Notes under the pieces: model-generated
What the model was told of the DNA's origin: nothing
The model's database searches: none
What the model saw: only the letters and a program-made list of their open reading frames with translations
In this document: piece by piece, positions 33,401 to 37,894 of the stretch
Numbering within the stretch: position 1 is the stretch's first letter
How the letters are laid out: every line of letters begins with the position of its first letter
NCBI RefSeq assembly: GCF_000315625.1
Contig: NW_005434534.1
Coordinates: forward strand, 133,645-171,538
DNA from: Guillardia theta CCMP2712
Taxonomy: Eukaryota > Protista > Cryptophyta
Direction of reading: 5' to 3'
Length of the DNA stretch: 37,894 nucleotides
Translations under genes and position numbers: made by a program

Positions 33401-34597
33401 CCTTGCGCAAGGGAGGCTCGAGGCTTCGGCCAGTCAGAGCATGGAGGCAGGGCGAGCTGATGCTGGACAATTGAGGGGGAAGAGAAATGGAGGAGGAGGA
33501 GGAGGAGGAGGAGGAGGAGGAGGAAGAGGAGGAGGGTGAAGTCGGGCGAGAAAGACGGGGGGGAGATGCGGAGAGGGGGCGGAAAATGGGCGGGGGGTCA
33601 CAATTGGGAATTCGCCGTAGGGACTACAGAGAAATGAGCCGGGAGCGTGGGGGGCTGCGCAGGCGGCGGTAATGACAGAGACGGAGGAATGGAACCTGAT
33701 GGAGCCTGAGGGTCCCGCCGAACACCAGGAGGAAGGAAGAGTGCGAAGAATCGATCAGAAGCGAGTAGGACTGATCCACGTACCGAGTGAAGTTAGTAGG
33801 ACATGTCAAGGTGGGAGAGGATCGAGCTAGTGGTAGATCGGGACAAGTCTTTTGGACTTTTGAGTGGAATGCGGGTGAGGTTAACAGGACATCAGGCAAG
33901 CTTGTGGTTGCAGGAGCCTCTTCTATCCCTTCACCGGTGGTGACATGCAGGATGGAACGAGCGCACCCGGACGGACGAAGGAGACATCCTTGAAAAGAGG
34001 CTCACAACCCAATGACAAAAGATGAGCCCAAAAATGTGTTGGGTGTGTGATAGTGAATGAGGCAAGCATGGGGATTGTCAAGACAAGCAACAAGCAAGCA
34101 AGGACAAGAACAAATCATACATGATGACAGAAAACATCGACACCATCATATGCTACACCACATTCAACCATCACTGAATCTGCATCAACGTAGGGAAGAC
34201 CAACAAAGCTACAAAAAGCCAGCACCAGCTCAGAGATCGAAGGAGGAGAGCATTGCAGAAAGTCAGAAAAGTGTGACGTGGCACATGAGGTACAAGTTCT
34301 GCTGCAGATTAGGATTCACAGCAAGAGAACAAAACGTGAAAATCATCAATAGAGCTGTCACAAGAATAGATCAAGTAGAGGTGGATGATAGAAAAGGCGT
34401 ACACATGATGCCTATCAAAGAATTGAGATGTGACAAAAAAATGACATCATTTTTCACAAGCGTACCAAGAATGTCCAGAAGCTCTCAAATGTTCATGTTT
34501 CAATGTTTTCGCATTCAAGCACCTGATCCTCGAGATGAACCCAATAGATACTTCACTGACAAATCCAGCCTACCCAATATTGCTATATACTTTGAAT

Positions 34598-34945
34598 TTA
34601 AAATTTGTCACCCTCAGATCCAGTCTCGGCGGCCTTGCGAGATTCAGACTGAATGTACAAGGTGAGGAGGAAAACAACTGGGATGAAGGTTCCGAGGAGA
34701 ACAGCGAGGTAAGCAGCAACGGAAACGTTCATGCCGCCCTCAGCAAGGAGCATAGCCTGGTTGGTGGTCTCCGCAAGCGACATGGTCATGGCGGGCTTGG
34801 CAGCGCGGGGAGCACGGCATGCAGCGGAAAGCTTGTTGCCAGAGCAGAGAGGAGCCTGCTGCCTGAGTCCAGTGAGAGCTGGAGTGGGAGCGAAGGCAGC
34901 GGCGGAGGCAATGGTTGCGGCAACGAGGAGAGCGAGACGCTGCAT
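34598..34945 (-). CDS. psbM: Photosystem II reaction centre protein M, nucleus-encoded precursor with bipartite plastid-targeting presequence
   Basis: Signal peptide MQRLALLVAATIASAAA|FAP (ASAF-type cleavage motif), basic/Ala transit peptide, then MNVSVAAYLAVLLGTFIPVVFLLTLYIQSESRKA, which matches red-lineage PsbM. Intronless. Confidence 0.93.
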   Translation of the reverse strand: MQRLALLVAATIASAAAFAPTPALTGLRQQAPLCSGNKLSAACRAPRAAKPAMTMSLAETTNQAMLLAEGGMNVSVAAYLAVLLGTFIPVVFLLTLYIQSESRKAAETGSEGDKF

Positions 34946-35514
34946 GGGAGGCGAGCTAGGGGCGGGAGTTTCGGCCCTCTGGGATTTAGGGGGTGGGGGG
35001 AGTGGGGTCCCCTACCCCTCCTTTCCCCGAAGTACCCCCGATTTCCCAGGTTCCAATTGTTACATGTGTGGGTGGGGTGTCCTACGGGTGGGTGGGAGGG
35101 AGGAACTGGGGGTGGGGGTGATATGAGGGAGAAGAGTGACGCTCAAACGTGTAAGAAGCGCTACTCCTCTGGGGGCTGACCCCCACCCTCCTAGTTGTCT
35201 GGGGGATTCGTAATACCTACCCCACCTATTGACAGTCTTTTATACCGGTGAGATTACAACCCCCCTAGCTGTACCCTTGATTTCGTATTACAGAAGTACC
35301 GGTAACAATTAGCCTCATAAAAAGGATACCCACCCCATATTTCTTCGGAAATTTCACCGGTGGATGACAGTTTCTCTCAAATTAACCCTTACTTATGACT
35401 GCAAATGTACCGGTACATTTTAGAAACCGTAGAGGAGTCTCCACACACACAAAAAAAACGATCTTGAGGGTATGTGAGGGGAGGGGGCCAGCTCTAAATG
35501 TTCGACGGAAGGAG

Positions 35515-36456
35515 NNNNNNNNNNNNNNNNNNNNNNNNNNNNNNNNNNNNNNNNNNNNNNNNNNNNNNNNNNNNNNNNNNNNNNNNNNNNNNNNNNNNNN
35601 NNNNNNNNNNNNNNNNNNNNNNNNNNNNNNNNNNNNNNNNNNNNNNNNNNNNNNNNNNNNNNNNNNNNNNNNNNNNNNNNNNNNNNNNNNNNNNNNNNNN
35701 NNNNNNNNNNNNNNNNNNNNNNNNNNNNNNNNNNNNNNNNNNNNNNNNNNNNNNNNNNNNNNNNNNNNNNNNNNNNNNNNNNNNNNNNNNNNNNNNNNNN
35801 NNNNNNNNNNNNNNNNNNNNNNNNNNNNNNNNNNNNNNNNNNNNNNNNNNNNNNNNNNNNNNNNNNNNNNNNNNNNNNNNNNNNNNNNNNNNNNNNNNNN
35901 NNNNNNNNNNNNNNNNNNNNNNNNNNNNNNNNNNNNNNNNNNNNNNNNNNNNNNNNNNNNNNNNNNNNNNNNNNNNNNNNNNNNNNNNNNNNNNNNNNNN
36001 NNNNNNNNNNNNNNNNNNNNNNNNNNNNNNNNNNNNNNNNNNNNNNNNNNNNNNNNNNNNNNNNNNNNNNNNNNNNNNNNNNNNNNNNNNNNNNNNNNNN
36101 NNNNNNNNNNNNNNNNNNNNNNNNNNNNNNNNNNNNNNNNNNNNNNNNNNNNNNNNNNNNNNNNNNNNNNNNNNNNNNNNNNNNNNNNNNNNNNNNNNNN
36201 NNNNNNNNNNNNNNNNNNNNNNNNNNNNNNNNNNNNNNNNNNNNNNNNNNNNNNNNNNNNNNNNNNNNNNNNNNNNNNNNNNNNNNNNNNNNNNNNNNNN
36301 NNNNNNNNNNNNNNNNNNNNNNNNNNNNNNNNNNNNNNNNNNNNNNNNNNNNNNNNNNNNNNNNNNNNNNNNNNNNNNNNNNNNNNNNNNNNNNNNNNNN
36401 NNNNNNNNNNNNNNNNNNNNNNNNNNNNNNNNNNNNNNNNNNNNNNNNNNNNNNNN
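35515..36456. other. Assembly gap (other gaps: 7955-8054, 10467-10566, 32031-32294)
   Basis: Runs of N. Confidence 1.
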
Positions 36457-36682
36457 TAGCAAACCACGATAGCCAGGTGTAGGACACCGGGTGATCATCT
36501 GCACGCTGTTATTGCCCACGTTATCATGTATTTCCCCTACGCCTCCTGGAACACGCTTCCGTTTGCTTTCTCTGCTCCTCCTCCTCACCCCTCCTCCTCT
36601 TCTTCTTCTTCTTCTTCTCTTCTGCCGCGGAGGAAGAGCAGGAGGACGACGAGGAGGAGGAGGAGGAGGAGGAGGATCACCC

Positions 36683-37894
36683 GTAGCTGGTGACAGGAGG
36701 GATCCTCCATGAGGAAGGAGGCGTCACCTCGTGCTTCACTACCTGTACAAGAGAACAAGACAAAGCATGAGACGAGAAGCAGCGAGGAGGAGCAGGAGAG
36801 GAAAAGAAGAGGGCGAGGGTAGGAGGAGCGAGGAGAGAGAAAGAAGAGGGCGAGGGTAGGAGGAGCGAGGAGAGAGGGTGAGTAAGTGAGGAGGTGAGTG
36901 GGAGTTGTCAAGGGTATGGGAAACGTGGGCAGTGTGGGAAGAGGAGAAGAAGGAAATGGGGAGAGGGAGCCTGATCATCACAAAGAGCAGAGGGAGAGAG
37001 AAAGAAGGGGGCGGGAAAAAAGGAGGAGAAGGAGAAGGAGAGGAAGAGTAAGAGGGGAAGGAGTGAGGAGAGGAGAGAAGGGGAGTTACCTTGATGTAGT
37101 GCTCGTGGGTGGTAGGGATGTGCTGGTCGGATGTAAACTCCTTGTCATCCAGAGAGCCTTTGAGCAAGAAAGTGAGCGGAAAAGAGGCAGAGGGGAGGAG
37201 AAGGGAGGGAAGGAGGAGAGGGAAGGAGGAAGGAGGGGAGAGGGCGGGAGACGACAGTGGAGCAGGGAGGGTTTGATGAGCGAGGGCTAGTATGGGCAGG
37301 CGGGGAGAAGCATCTTACCGACTGAGTGGGCGATGTGGGGTGGAAGGACCAACCAATCTGTAAGGAGCAGGTCAAGTCAGAGATCGGAAGGGAGAAAAGA
37401 GTGAGAGAGGGAGAAAGGAGTGAGAGCTGGGAGGACGAGTGGGAGGAGAGAAAGGGCGAGGAGTAGGAGAGAGAAGCATTGGAGGAGAGGAGAAATCGAG
37501 AGTTCACCTGTCTCGGAGAGGAAGGGACCAAAGGACAGGTGGTTGACCGTGTGTGACATGTCCATAGTCTCCCAGTTGAACTCGTGGCTGTCTGGAGCAA
37601 CAGCAGTGAGGAGAGGAGATAGCTGGATAGAGGGAAGGACGGGGATGGAGAGGAAGTGGGAGGAGGAGAGGCATGGGAAACAGGAGGAAACAAATGAGGA
37701 GCAAATCATCGAGGGAGGAGAGGTCACAGGGAAGGTGGGCAAGGAGGAGGGACAGGGAACAGGACAGGGGTTGGGAAGAGTCGGTGTAGAGAGAGATTAG
37801 GATGGCAGGGTTGAGGGCTGCATTAGGGCTGCATACCGGAGATGGCCTGCACGATGAGCATGCCAGGGGCTCTTTGAACATGAATCAACCCTGA
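36683..37894 (-). CDS. ER-Golgi vesicle protein, COPIIcoated_ERV domain (ERGIC3/Erv46/PDI-C type), partial: enters from the right edge and continues toward the gap
   Basis: Short exons give SGLIHVQRAPGMLIVQAIS, DSHEFNWETMDMSHTVNHLSFGPFLSE, GSLDDKEFTSDQHIPTTHEHYIK and VVKHEVTPPSSWRIPPVTSY, collinear with the Erv/PDI-C C-terminal domain. Confidence 0.85.

Noticed and set aside
34057-35179. 202-aa and 214-aa plus-strand ORFs
   Set aside because: They are antisense to psbM and its 3' region and show no recognisable motif.
35382-36588. ORFs of 320-364 aa
   Set aside because: They are artefacts of translating the N gap.

Overview
Eukaryotic nuclear DNA, gene-dense, with many short GT-AG introns, microsatellite-rich introns and four assembly gaps. 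A nucleus-encoded psbM with a bipartite signal + transit peptide (ASAAA|FAP), a VPV-repeat/PDZ epiplastin-like gene and the intron style point to an alga with a secondary red plastid, most likely a cryptophyte such as Guillardia (inference). Genes in order: a coiled-coil protein (-), a signal-peptide protein with a C-terminal FkbM methyltransferase (+), a bacterial-like 4-TM protein (-), an SLC35A nucleotide-sugar transporter (+), an MFSD13A/TMEM180-like MFS transporter (-), a protein with an IF1-like N-terminus and TMEM242/Aim11-like C-terminus (+), a small PWKN-repeat protein (-), an ~8 kb accessory-looking region with a putative PD-(D/E)XK-fold ORF and a duplication-disrupted divergent partner, a single-TM RRxS-rich protein (+), a Zn-finger/VPV/PDZ protein (-), a UCP/OGC-type mitochondrial carrier (-), EEF2KMT/FAM86A (-) with a partial duplicate 2 kb away, psbM (-) and part of an ERGIC3/Erv46/PDI-C gene (-). 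Exon boundaries were read by eye and are approximate. All family calls come from motif recognition, not database searches.
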